Below, piece by piece: positions 38,700-51,392 of a stretch of 64,000 nucleotides of DNA. Position 1 is the first letter of the stretch. Each line of letters starts with the position of its first letter. Source of the DNA: Marsupella aquatica. Taxonomy: Eukaryota; Plantae; Marchantiophyta. The stretch covers positions 15,624,576 through 15,688,575 of the forward strand of contig OZ316896.1 of NCBI GenBank assembly GCA_973895155.1, read 5' to 3'. A program made the position numbers and the translations under genes. The notes under the pieces were generated by a model. The model was not told the DNA's origin. It ran no database searches and saw nothing but the letters and a program-made list of their open reading frames with translations.

Positions 38700-39500
38700 G
38701 CTCAAGCTAGAAGAAGTTGCGAACCTCGACTACCTTAACACTTAGCTCTGGCGTCGCTGACTCCAACGCCAAGCTCCTCCATGATCCAAGCCCCCAGAAC
38801 GGACATCCAGTGGGGACTAAGTATGGGGAAACTAGTGGGCAACAAGGCATTGCACTAGCAAGGACAATGCGCTAATTAAGCTAACGACGCACACTATGGA
38901 CTTAGACTAGCTTGGGGCTGGTCGGGTCATGGGAAAGGGTCGGGCTCAGGGTGAACTGTCTGGACCGCCGGATGGACTTTGAGTTTTGAGGGCTTCGGGG
39001 AGGGCTTGAAATGAGAGTTCCTCTTGGGCCCAAGGGTAGCTAACAAAGTTTACTTCATACGCAATGGACGCTTGGAGCATGAGATATAGCACGGCCCAAG
39101 TGCGGCCACCGTGACCTCCAAGTGACAATGGGTTTTGAGGGCCTAGGCATGAGCACTAGGTGACCCCGATCACAACAGGCTAAGGCACTCCGCCTATGGT
39201 TGTCTAGCTAGAAAGTTATGGGCACAACAAGTCAGTTGCGCCCTATTGCCTCAATCTTAACTAATACGTGGAGGACGTGCAAATGCTAGAAGGGTAGTTT
39301 TTATTAATTTTGAACTAATAATCATAATTATTATCGATAATAAGGGAACTTTTAATAGTAATATGGAAATAAAAAGGGGTAAATAGGAAAAGGGCCCAAT
39401 CGCAGGGGGTCCACTTCTTCTACACGGAATGAGGGCCCAAGGTAGTTGCGTGCCCATACGTGCGGGTTGGGGTCCAGGTGGGGGGCCAAAATATGGAGAC
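38700..39500. repeat. Long direct repeat, copy A (copy B at ~40985-41570)
   Basis: Shared blocks TTAACACTTAGCTC.GGCGTCGCTGACTCC, GGTCGGGCTCA.GGT.AAC.GTC.GGAC, GAGGGCCTAGGCATGAGCACTAG and GCTAAGGCACT. Confidence 0.85.
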
Positions 39501-40984
39501 CAAAGTAGGGGTGGCAAGTCCGTTAACCTCCGGAGTTGACTTTTGGCCAAATCCTCTGATTAACCATCCAACATGTCTTCAGACTTCATAAGTTATCTTT
39601 TGTTTATCGATTAAACAATGTTCCACCTTTATCAGATTGATTTATTGTCCGTTTATTGTGCACGTTTTGCCTTCTACCCGGCCTTTCCAACAATTAGGTA
39701 GCATCGACTTGTGCAATTTCTTGAGATAGTAATCCGACCTCTTCAGGCCATTGGATTTCTCCTGTCACTTGGATTGAGAGTACTTCCGTGGACTTGATCT
39801 CAATTGAATTTCCTTTCAGTTAATTACTCGAGACATTGGTCCAACTCTTACTAGTCGCAAACCCCACCTGTCACCTGGATTGAAGGTTAAATATCATCTA
39901 ACCTTCAGCTATATTTCTTTTTTAAAAAACAATTTAAAAAATGAAAAAAAAATGAAAAATTCTTTAAAGAGTATCTCTAAACCCATTGTGATAGATTTCT
40001 CAATTTTTATTTCTTCTTTCTCAATTATTCTCTTCCATCTTTCAATCATTTGTTTGCATTTCCTTGGTGCATTTTGTAGCCCAAACCGAGTACACTTGAA
40101 TTTAAACAACCAAACAAAGGTGGGTTTTCTCATCTCCCACTACTTTGGGCCTTCCTCTACAACATTACTTGCAAATTTCTAATCTTTCTAATCTTGCAAA
40201 TTTCTTAAGGTTTGCTAGTACAATCTCCACATGCAATATTACTCATATTCTTCCTTTGAACAGTTCAAACCAAATCAATATATATTTTCCATTATCAAAT
40301 GTTAGCATTTGTAGCCATCTTTTCTTCACAATTAATCAACTCTTTAACTTTAATTCTATTTGCATTCAACAAACACAAGCTCTGTAATCGAATGCTCCCT
40401 ACAGTTCTGCAAATAGATCTCAATTGCATATTCTATTTAATGGTCACATCAATTTCTTTGACATGGTTTATGATTTTTTTTCCAAGGGCTTCCATCTCTA
40501 CCTCCAGGTCCAACAATCTTACACTACCTGTTCCTAGGCTGCCTCCCTAGCCTTCCAATCCTGGAAAGTTTGCACAACAAAACACCTCTTCTCACTCCTA
40601 CTCAACTAACCTACACCCTCCATACAAACATGTTTTCCCTAACTTCTCCTAACCATCAGCAATTGTAACTGCCAGATTCCCGGCCAGATTGTTTATTCGG
40701 TTTCTGTACCTGTTTTATTCAGCATAGGCTACTTGTTGACTATTAACTATTTCTACTCGTCCATTAACAATTTTTGCTGACAAGTAGCTATTAACTGCTA
40801 CTCACTAGTGAATAGTACACCACTTCACTCTACTACAGAAAATGAGACGGTCTTCCTTCTATTTCACAGAGTTTAAATACTAGTTACCCTAATAACTTAA
40901 CCCTTACTCTACTCTAACTCTGTAACTAACTTAGAGGTTTGGCTCATCTAAAACTTGGTAATTTTCTACTGCTTCAAGGTCTCC

Positions 40985-41570
40985 AGAAGCATATAAGTCG
41001 CGGAACTCAACTACTTTAACACTTAGCTCAGGCGTCGCTGACTCCGACGTCGAGCTCCCTTATGGTCCAAGCCTGGATAGGCCATCTGGGGAGGACTTAG
41101 CATGGGGAGACTTGTAAGCAATGAGATGTGGCACTAGCAAAGGCAAGGCGCCAAGCTAGTGACACACACTAAGGACTTAAACTAACTGAGTGTTGGTCAG
41201 GTCAAGAGGAAAGGGGTCGGGCTCAAGGTCAACCGTCCGGACCCCCGGACGGACTTTGAGTTCCGAGGGCTTGAGTGAGAGCTCCTCTTGGGCCCAAGGC
41301 CAATGGAGTTGACGCCATGGGCAACGGGTGCTTGAGGCGCAAGTTATGGCCCAATCCGGGTTTGGCCAATCGGTGGCCCCAAGCGGCGATGAGATCTGAG
41401 GGCCTAGGCATGAGCACTAGATTGGCCCGATCACAACGGGCTAAGGCACTTTGCTTACGGACGCCTAACTAAGAAGTTATGGGCGTTGCCAGTTGGTGGC
41501 GCGCCTAAACATGCGGGATAGGGTCCGGGTTGGGGACCAAACGTTTGGGGACCAAAGTTGGTCCGGGGGT
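40985..41570. repeat. Long direct repeat, copy B
   Basis: Colinear with 38700-39500, with indels. Confidence 0.85.
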
Positions 41571-41584
41571 GAAAGGTCTCCAAA

Positions 41585-43115
41585 AATATATATGAGGGGA
41601 GTGGTGTCTCCCTAGGGCTTAAGGGCAAGCCGAAGTCGTGAGCCGCAGCGGTCGCGATCACACTAAGGAAAAATGTCAAACAAAAATGGCGATAACTTCC
41701 CAATGAGAAGTCCGTTGGGGGACTTCCTGGGTGCGTTGGAAAGCTCTTGACAAAGGTTACATCCTTCTGAGCTCAGCTGGGTGTGGGGGTGCTGTAGGTT
41801 CTCGAGGTTTGCGGGTGTGATTTTTCCCGTTTGCCAAATTCTGCCAAAATAGCAACCCAACCGCGTTCAACCTCTCAAGGGAGCTTGAGTTGGGGAGGCA
41901 AGGCCAAGTAGGCATGGAGTTCCAAGGGCACTTGGCCCCTAGACCATCAGTGGGGCCAGAACCGGGAGTTAGTTGCTAAAGTCGGGGTCGTTCTGGTCCC
42001 GGCGTGTTGGGACAAGCTTGGGACAAGTTTTAGGACAAGCTACGCTACTTGGGCCATGAGCATGTCCTGGGGGCAGGGCGGTCAGTTGGTGTTGAATAGG
42101 TACAAGGGGGAACCCGGGCTGCGCCCAAGGAAGGAGTTGTTATGGATGAACAGTGGACATTGGTTCTGGTTTCGGCTTATGGCATCGGGAGGACCTATTG
42201 CTGACCTACTTACCAATGTATGTTGAGCTTGAGTTAGGATGCTAGACTTGAGGAGTTCTAGATCCTAAAGGGTTACTTACTGAGACGCTTGGTTGCTTGT
42301 GCAGACAGTGAGGACCGTTGAGTAGCGGTCGTGTTAGAGCAAGTGCGGCTTCGTATAGGAGGGGGCACTAAGTTGCTTGCTCGAGGAATTCCGTGGAGGC
42401 GTTTGGGCACCAGGGGCACTTAGGCATGGGTGTTGGGATTGGTGAGGGCGCAGGGTGGCAAGGTCCACCACTATATATGAGGGCCCAAATCGTGAGCTGC
42501 GGCGGTCGCAACACCAAGAGAGAATGTCAATCGAAAATGACAATAACTTCTCAATAGGAAGTCTGTTGAGGGACTTCTTGGATGCGTTGGAAAGTTCCTG
42601 AGCTCAGATGGGTCTGAAAGTGCCATGGATTCTTGAGGTTTGTGCAGGCTATCTCGCCCGATTGTCAAATCCTGCCAAAACAACAGCCAAGCCACATTCA
42701 GTCTCTTACGGGAACTTGCATTGGGGAGGCAAAGCAGAGTAGACATGGAGGTTAAGTTCCAAGTGCACTTGGCCCCTGGGCCATCAGTTGAGCGAGAACT
42801 GGGAGTTCATTGCTAGAGTCAGGGCAATCTGGTTTTAGAGTTTTAGGACAAGTTTGGGACACGCTATAGTCTTGGAATTGAGGCCTAGATCCTTTGGGTT
42901 ACTTACCAAGGTGTTTGGTTGCTTGTGCAAATAGTGAGGACCTGTGAACGACGGTCGTGTTAGAGAGCAAGTGCGGCTTCATATGGGAGTAGTTGTTGGG
43001 TGCAAGGGGCACCGAGTTACTGGCTCAAGGATTTACGTGGAGGCATTTGGGCACCAAGAGCACTTAAGCATGGGTGCTAGGATTGCTGAGGGCGTTGGGT
43101 GGCTAGGTCCACCAC
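41585..43115. repeat. Tandem duplication of a ~0.65-0.9 kb repeat unit (41585-42470 and 42470-43115)
   Basis: Shared blocks TCGTGAGC.GC.GCGGTCGC, ATAACTTC.CAAT..GAAGTC, GTTGGAAAG, CACTTGGCCCCT and GAGCAAGTGCGGCTTC. Confidence 0.85.
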
Positions 43116-44103
43116 TGAAGACCTCTGGTCCTTGAAACCTAGACACAAGCTCAGCCATGGGGATCAGTGCATGGACAGCTTTGTGACCCATTTTGTGATC
43201 AAGTACATTAAGACTTTGAATACCTTCAAGCATTTACAGATTTTGCATTCACATGACTTCACTGCAGTCTTGTAAACAATATTAATTGTGGCCAAGTACA
43301 GACTAGGGCGAGTGAGTCCAATTTCCCTTGGTTCTTCCTATTGTTATTGGTTCTCACAATACTAAACATGAGTAGCGAGTGAATACAATGAAAGGGCACC
43401 TAGAGCTTCAAATATATCTAATTTACTTGGTCTTAAACTTGCTTGGCAAGTTGCTCCAGATGCCTAGTGTCAAGCGGGGTGTCAAGGTTTCAACTACACA
43501 CCAACAATCACTGAAACTGTGCCTTCCAGTAAATCATTGTACATATTAGAGTTTCAATTAGCCAGTCTTGCTTTGAAACTACCCAGAGATTCTCCAGTTT
43601 AAGATAGTTTATGCACAATCGCCAAAGGAATCTGGTCATGATGGCTTTTATCAATCCGTGTGGGCATATGGAGAAGTTACCTTGCCAACTACTGGGCAGC
43701 TATCACTCTTCTTCTTGTCTTTGAGTCTTTGGTTTTACCCCAGGCTCGACCTCAGGACAAACCAGCACCAATTTGAAGACAAGTACATTTTCAGTATATT
43801 CCAACTAGGTTAGATTATTCGATTATTCTTTGTAGGTGTGAAAAACTAGACAATATTTGGGTAGTTATATAACTACCTTTCCTTTCCTTTTATAGGATTA
43901 CTGCTGGAGGGCCAAACAGCAAAAAGCCCTACTGAGTCATATACTAAAACGCATGGCAAAGGTGATCAACTTAGGAGGGTCTCTGAGGAGAGCTTCCACT
44001 AGAAGCCCTAAAACCAACGACCTCATCCTGTCAAGTCCAAAGGATTGTGAAGGCCTGAGCCCACTCTAGAGAAGGGACACCTGCATAAGATTTTTGCAAA
44101 CAG

Positions 44104-45445
44104 TGCAGGTTCTTCCAAAATGATCAAAGACCATGTCACGCCACCAGATTGCCCCGAATAAAATTAAAGATCTCCATGATCGTCATAAGATTCACTGGTG
44201 GGCACCTGAGAGGAGGCTGGGGCCAGCTCTTGGCTCTTGGATTTGATTTTTCTTCAAAGGAAGTTCGTGGCTCTTGGACGTCTTCACCCCCCCCCGCGCA
44301 AAGCCATCAATTCATCGAATCTCTCTTCATTTTGCCATGAAGATGTCACTCATTTCCACCCGTCTCATTCCATTTTGATGTGAGGGGAGAACATTTCACT
44401 CGCTGGATGACAGACCCACCTTCAATCAAGCAGCACTCATCGGCCTCATTCAAGCAAACGCCGTGCCAGATCAATCGTCTCAGTCTGCAGTAGACAAAGG
44501 ACATATTGAGTCGACAGATTGATCGAGAGAGAGAATGACGCACTTGCAAGCATCTTTAGTCAATTGAAGGAACGGACTTGTCAATCATGGTCAATTCCTG
44601 AGTCTTGCGACGGTAAGAGCTGCTGCATGTGCGTGTTTAATCACAGTCATCTGCATCAACGAACTTGTCATGGTCAATCCCTGCCCTCGCCTCGACAGTC
44701 ACCAACTCAGCACCACCATAGATAGGTTCGACCTCGCTGGGACGCGACACCTCCTCCTGATCTAGGGACTAGAGAGGGATTGACATCGGTCCCGGTGTAC
44801 AATAATACTGTACTGAGCGAACCAAGGAAAGCTCTGCGAAGGATCAGGGGGAGGCACTGATCGACTGGCCTTGGACTGCTGCTATCGTAGGTATCTTCCG
44901 AGACTGTAGAACTTGTAGACTACGGTAGTCAATGTATTGCACTCATGGAGTAGTACAGTCGTGCGGTGACCGGCGGTGAGCGATAACTTGACGGGGGACC
45001 AAGCACGACGCTGTCTCCGTGCGCACTGGCACAGACACAAACGAGCACAATACAGCCGTGTCTTATTATTCTTCATCTGCGTCGGAACGCTGCCTATGTC
45101 GGGAACAAACATTCACGGCTCGGAGTTTGAGAAGTGAGAACAACCTGATTCGGATTAGGAGTTTTGGAGTTAGAAAAGCATCGATCGCTGCCTGGTACAG
45201 GTCGATTCGGATACACTATAGGGTGCCAACTTACTACCTTCGGTAGTCAGCTGTGATTGAAAATTGGAAGTACACGGCTCGATCGCGCATGAATGTCCTA
45301 GCTTTCGACGTGCTTGAATCTGATCGAGTGAGCGTCGGTCGTATGGGGTACGATGAATAGTGGCTTTCGTGGAAAGAAATCGGATTTAGATAGGTTTGCG
45401 GTCATGGTACTAAAGAGAGGGGCTGTCGTCGTGTCAAATTGGATG
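44104..45445 (+). promoter_or_regulatory. Duplicate of the PIG-O upstream region/5' leader placed ~1.5 kb upstream of the LRR gene
   Basis: Colinear with 15476-16771 from TTCTTCCAAAATGA.CAAA...CGCCACCAGATTGCCCCGAATAAAATTAAAG to GGCTGTCGT..TGTCAAA.TGGATG. The first PIG-O ATG reads GTG at 45431. Confidence 0.85.
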
Positions 45446-46984
45446 AGGGTCGATCGATTCTCACTCTTCACAACGGTGATTTCTAAGGTCTGTGATTGAG
45501 CGTGGGTACATGTATGTATAATTGGTCAACAAGATTTCGAACCACCCGACAGTCCTAACTATTTGCTCTCGACTGGTTGTCGTGTGCAGACTTACTTACT
45601 GCATCGCTGTTTTAGTTCTCGGATGAAGGGTGGCGTCCGAGGGATCTAGGATTCGTTGAGAAGCCCCGATCCGAGCTCAGAACTCTTTGTACATGCGGGT
45701 ACGTGGAATGGCTAACTCGAAGGCTTCCATGGGAAAGTTAGGATAATTGTGTATGTTGAAAGCTTGAAGTTATATATAGCAATCGTTTTGCCAGATAGTA
45801 CTCAAATTATGACAGGTGCATGATGATTCGTACTGTTTGATTGCTCGGAAATTACCTGTCTGCCGGCTCGATAGTCTGTTGATACTTTTCTGTATATGGC
45901 TTCGAGAACTAGCTTCTGTTCAATTTTTAGAAGTCAGGATGCCTAGCATCAAGCGTCCTAAGTAGGATTTTTTCTGGGAAGAGGTCTGCTGTAGTTTTCT
46001 TTGCGGTATGATACAAGTTCCAGATTCGCTTTTGTGGATAGAGGTGGGTTGAGATGGCTCCCTCGATCGACTGAGGAGCACCAGCTCAACCTCCGTAATT
46101 ACAGTATTTTGAGCCTCGTGCATCTATCCATAATTGCTAGCTTGGAACAAGCTTACCTGTGTTTATCTTGAGTACAAAATAGTATAGTTTTCTGGCTCGC
46201 GGATGGGATTCATCGATCCGGGTTTTCTGTTAATTTTCAGGGTTTTCAAAGTAGAACCTTGTGAACACATGCGCATAAACGTACCCCTTGGTCAGGCTGC
46301 GCCGGCCTCTGGCAGGTACCTAAACCCCGGCCAGTCTGATGCCCGTCTTCGGGAGTTGACACCTTCGGGAAATTACAATTAAAACTCGAGCATTTGGTCT
46401 CTCAGACTGCACAATTGCTCAGAATCCAGATCGATCGAATGGTCTTGTTGCTGGCTGAGTATATGACACCGTTCTTCGACCAGACACTCTTTCGTTTCTA
46501 AGTCTAGATCATGACCTCGATCGGACGCTTCTTTGCGGGAGTGAGACACGGCTAAACCTCGGATATATGCAAGATTCTCCGGTTGTCGTTCCCCGCATCG
46601 ATGATGTCACGTCACCTGTGGACCGGGATCAGATGTCATGTGGTCTTGCATGTGGTATTTGTTGCTTTTCCGTCTGTCGTCTTCTTGCTCCGAAATCGGA
46701 TGTACACTCTATCTAAAAAATTCCATACAGCATCAATATTTCTGGTTCGGTAATCTTCTTGTACGTAGTCGAGCGTGACAATCGACCTCTGCTGATCTTG
46801 TTCAGGTCCATCTTTGTGTCCCCCGCGGAAGAGCTGGAATCTCTTGAACAGGCGGTCGAGGGACGTTTGTGTAGACTTTTGGAACACGGATGATGATCTG
46901 GACCTGAAGTGGCGGATCGGCAGATCCCAGGGCACGGTTGAAAGGAACTTACGTTTTCATTTGGGTGCAAATTAAGCAACGATC

Positions 46985-48750
46985 ATGGTGCGAACGCGGG
47001 AATTGAGTCGACCTGCGACTTTCCCGAGGATCGTGCTGGTGATACTTCTAGGGTTGGCATCATGCCGTCCATCAACAGCTGAGGCTGCGGCTGCAGGCCG
47101 GGAGAGTGATGATGTGGCCTGCTTGCGAGAGTTCAAAGACGCAGTGACGGATCCACTTGGGTACCTGAGAAATTGGGACTTCAGAGGGCCGCACGACATC
47201 AATATCTGCAACTTTATCGGCGTGACATGCGTTGGTCCAGATGAGCCAAAGGTCCTGAAGCTGGACTTGACCGCAGCCGGCCTGCGCGGCCGAATTTCAT
47301 CTCCAATTACCCTTTTCCGCAAATGCTCCAGTCTCAGAGGTACGCCATCAGTCAATCACTCAAGCATCCAATCACGCAAGTATCGAGTCAGTCGATAGAT
47401 CGATGGTCATGGAGTTGACAAGACTGCCACAATTTGCAACCAGCGAACGCGAGGAAAGATTTGACTTACTAGATAAGCCGCCCGCGAAAAGAATTTTGCT
47501 CAGATTTAAGCGAATCTGCCCCTGAAAATTAGCCTTGTTTGAAAATGCTCACGAATCTCACCATTATAATCTCACGAATAACTTAGCGTTAGTAAATTAG
47601 CTCAGGAAGAAAATTCTCACGGACATAGAATGATCCCCAGTGGAGTGGGTGAAAGCAACCGTGACGAGAGTCTAGGGAGAGTGGAGACAAATTTCTAAAC
47701 TGGGGGGGCTTGGGGCCAAACTTCGGTCCAAATCTCTTCAATGCTGATATTTAAGAATTCCCATGAATTACGCAAATGATCGATCGGACATAACTGATGT
47801 CGTCGTTTTCGCTAATCTTAAGGAACCAAAATATTCTATTCTCCAGTCAGATTAATGTAATCGCATTGCTGCAGGACACGAACAGTAATAACAATTATAG
47901 TAATTAACTATTTTCGATTGCTGAACGCTTCGGGCTTTTCTAGCTGCGGAGTGGAGAAGTTAGTCCGACAGACTTCGGTTTGAACATATTTAATTTACGA
48001 TGCGGAACTGAGAAGAGTGAGCAAAGCGCGAAGTCTACTGTGCCCTATTCTGTTGTGGCTGTCTCAGACATTAATTGATGGCATTTTCTGGTGTGCCTGG
48101 GCGGGACGCTTTTCGTCATCTAATTGATTTCTTTACAGAAACACGAAATGCAAAAGTTCATATGGTATAACCAAAATAGCATTGGCCACAGTAAGGGAGA
48201 AAAAACACACTACAGTAAACTGTCGACAATTTCAATAATTGACTATATCTAGATTGACCGTACACAGACATGCTTCGAAAAGAGCAATCATCGTGATAAG
48301 TTCATGAAGAAGACTGGAGTAAATCAGACATGAACCTGCGCATGCAAGCTGTCCATGAAAGTTGAAAACCATGTTAAAAGATAGAAGTCTATCCGGTGCT
48401 GTTCACTTGAAGTTGTGCATGCATACATATATTCTAGAAAAGTTGGATTGTACTGTACATGTATTGACGCTGGCAGCTCGTTTTTCTGTCTGACAGAACT
48501 GAATTTGTCCAACAACTTTTTCACTGGCCGCGTTCCTCCAACTCTTTGTGCATACAATCGGAACTTGGTGACGCTCGACGTTTCGAACAACGGTTTCTCC
48601 GGGCCCTTATCACCAAATCTCGAAAGATGTCTCGAGTCCAACAGACAACGACTCCTTGACAGTCAGCTTAAGGATCAAAGCGAGGAGATCAGTTGCAGCT
48701 CCATAGAGCTACCGTCGGATGCAGCGTGCAGGGACGAGAATGTTCAGTAA
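46985..48750 (+). CDS. Secreted LRR-only protein, BIR-like (LRR-RLK X) ectodomain lacking transmembrane and kinase domains; 2 exons, ~202 aa; possibly a truncated pseudogene
   Basis: Exons 46985-47339 (G|GTACGC) and 48497-48750 (TGACAG|) splice in frame. The protein has a signal peptide, a plant LRRNT cap (DVACLREFKDAVTDPLGYLRNW...ICNFIGVTC) and LRRs (VLKLDLTAAGLRGRIS, LRELNLSNNFFTGRVP, LVTLDVSNNGFSGPLS). Confidence 0.75.
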
Positions 48751-50402
48751 CGATAGGCTCGAAAACGCCAGGTTATGTTGTGCGAGTCCATTTGATCAAA
48801 TTCATTTTCTACGTGGTGAGGGGTATTGATCGTTCACCCGATTCAAACGTTGATCGAGCACCCTATTTCAATGTGCCATGGGTGCGGAAAGTTATATAGG
48901 GAATTATTGTGTGCAAATGGTTTGAATCATGTTTAGATTAGATGGAAATGAATACAGTTTCTTAGCTAGAATCTTAGTAGTCGTTTTTTTCGGTCTTGGA
49001 TAAACACCCCCACGTACTTAATTCCCAAGGATTTCCCAATTGAACTATTTTCTAATGTACGTACGCCAGTGTAGTCTTTGGCACTGATGCCGTGTCATTT
49101 CTAGACCTTTCGATTTTCTCGATTCCGATGGAGTCCTTTGTCTCCACAAGTTGATAGTGAGAGTTCGTGTAGACCATGATCTAGGGTAATGCATCCTCTG
49201 CCTAGGCATTGTCTAGAAATGTTCTTTTTTCAAAAATTAAACTGGAAGTTAGAGAGTCATGTTATTCAAAGTGATACTGGATAACAAGTGCATGATCAAT
49301 GGTCATTTTCTGAATTCAGGGCTAGGAAGAGACGGCAGAAAATTTGACATCCTCACAATTAATCATCGTTGTTTTGGGTTTTTCTTTTGTTTGTTTGCGA
49401 CTTAATTATTCATGCTAGCGCAGGTTTTCCATAGGTGGTTTCCCTTTGAAAAAAGAAGAATCTTCGCAGATTGCATTTTTGTAATTATATCTCCAAAATA
49501 GATGCCTTCTCATTTTATATCGCCTGCACCTTGAACTCCTTCCAACGAAGCTGGGATTCTTTGGGAAGGAACCTTTCCAAATTCAAAACCGTGGAGGTAC
49601 TTTCAGAATTGAAACTTTGACTGAGTTTTTTGAAAGTAAACTGAGAAAAACTTAGTTGTCTTTAGTCACCAAGACAACATGGATACACAGAACCAGCCAG
49701 ACTACTTTGCTTTTCAGTCACCTGCCCTTCCAAGTACACAACATGCTGAGCTTAACTTACTCCCCACCCCAAATGTTTTTCACAACTAGATTAAGGCAAC
49801 CACTATGCGGATTATTCGAGTCACTAAGATTGCACCTAAGATTGATCATATGTGCAAGGTGTTAATTAAATTAGTTTCACTGACAAGGAGTTCCGTGCTT
49901 GTGTTGTTCACACTATTTTGACATATGATTACGGTTGACATATAACCTTCATAATAAATTAAGACTTCTAGGCAATCTATAATTTCAATTCCAATCTAAA
50001 GTGGTCCACAATAGATTAGATAATTATACAATATATATAGAGAGAGAGAACTGATGATCCCAAAGGAAAAGACAGAGAAAACCCAAGAGCCAAAACCCCT
50101 AAGAGTTAAAGCGTCCAATAGCCTGAACAGGCAAAGAACTAAAGCCCTACTGAGCCCTTAAATTCCCTGGTACAGTTTGTGAGAATTTCAGAGGTTAGAC
50201 ACTATAATAACATTATTTATATATTTGAGTATTTGATTGTGAGCCATTCATGAACGTTTTCATTTATCTATCCAAGCATCAATACTAAAGTGTCTTGCTA
50301 CTGGAAGAACTTTAATCAGAAAGACAAGGAAAGCCAGGGAGACCTTAATTAGACATAGGTGGAGAACAATGATATCATTCGTATGTGGAGCTGGCCCTTG
50401 AG

Positions 50403-51392
50403 TTACATTGTCCTTTTTTCCTTTTTAGACTTTCGCCTCTCAAATGTACAAATACTCAGACTCATTAGGGATTGTGATTGACGCTCAGTTCGTGTGCTTT
50501 CCTGGTCAACTAATCCTTCGTTTGCTGGTGAATTTGGGTGTGTCAGCATATTTGTAGTTCCATCTTGAGGTCTATCCTCGGACTCTGACTCTGGCGTTGG
50601 AGGATCAACTGAACTAAAAGAGGAGCTTTTTCTAGAGCTACTAGTTGTTCGAGATGGCGACGACATTGTACTGCTAGAATAAGTGGTAGAAGATAGGGGC
50701 TCACTTGATGAAGAAGACTGCTCAGACTCCGAGTCAGATTTTGAAGGGGACTCCTCACTTGAAGATTCACTACTGGATTTTTTTTTCGATCTCCGTCTCT
50801 TTCTACTTCTCAAATCTGACTTTCTAGGAGGACTTTGGTTTGATTGACTGCCTTTGCTCTCCTCCAAATTAGCAAACGTAGTTGACTTGAAATTTTGCTG
50901 AATTTCCACCTCTACCTCTCTGTTTGTTGTTGGCAACGGATCGCATAGCTCCAGCAAAGGTCGTTGAGATGCTGGGTTCTGCAATATTTGCGTTCGGGAT
51001 GGGCGTGAAACATACACTCGCTCATTTCTACATTCAAATGTCCAATGTCCTTCTTGAAAGCACCTTTGGCATTGTATCTGTTGGCATTTGACACTCGCTC
51101 TAAGGCTCTCTCTTGTGACAGACTTGTTATCTTTCCTCACCCCCAACTTTACAGCCTTTTCTGTGCTCATCAAATACATTTGCCTTTTTGCCTCCTTTCG
51201 CTCTTGCCATCGGCTTGGCCCCTCCTCTTTCTGACCATAAGCGTTTACATTCCTTGCAGCTGCGGCTGCAACTCGTTCAGCTTGTACCCTACTCAAACCT
51301 TTGGCTGAGTTGAGGGTTGCTTTCTTTATTTGGTTTGCTGCTAGAAGTACTGCCTCTGCCTGCTCCTTCTTTGCATACATAGTAGTAGCCAT
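50403..51392 (-). CDS. Zinc-knuckle (CCHC) protein, ZCCHC10-like, with Ser/Arg-rich tail; single coding exon
   Basis: Conserved plant block AAARNVNAYGQKEEGPSRWQERKEAKRQMYLMSTEKAVKLG, knuckle CQRCFQEGHWTFEC followed by ERVYVSRPSRTQ.L, and a basic NLS-like RKRRRSKKK. Confidence 0.9.
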   Translation of the reverse strand: MATTMYAKKEQAEAVLLAANQIKKATLNSAKGLSRVQAERVAAAAARNVNAYGQKEEGPSRWQERKEAKRQMYLMSTEKAVKLGVRKDNKSVTRESLRASVKCQQIQCQRCFQEGHWTFECRNERVYVSRPSRTQILQNPASQRPLLELCDPLPTTNREVEVEIQQNFKSTTFANLEESKGSQSNQSPPRKSDLRSRKRRRSKKKSSSESSSEESPSKSDSESEQSSSSSEPLSSTTYSSSTMSSPSRTTSSSRKSSSFSSVDPPTPESESEDRPQDGTTNMLTHPNSPANEGLVDQESTRTERQSQSLMSLSICTFERRKSKKEKRTM

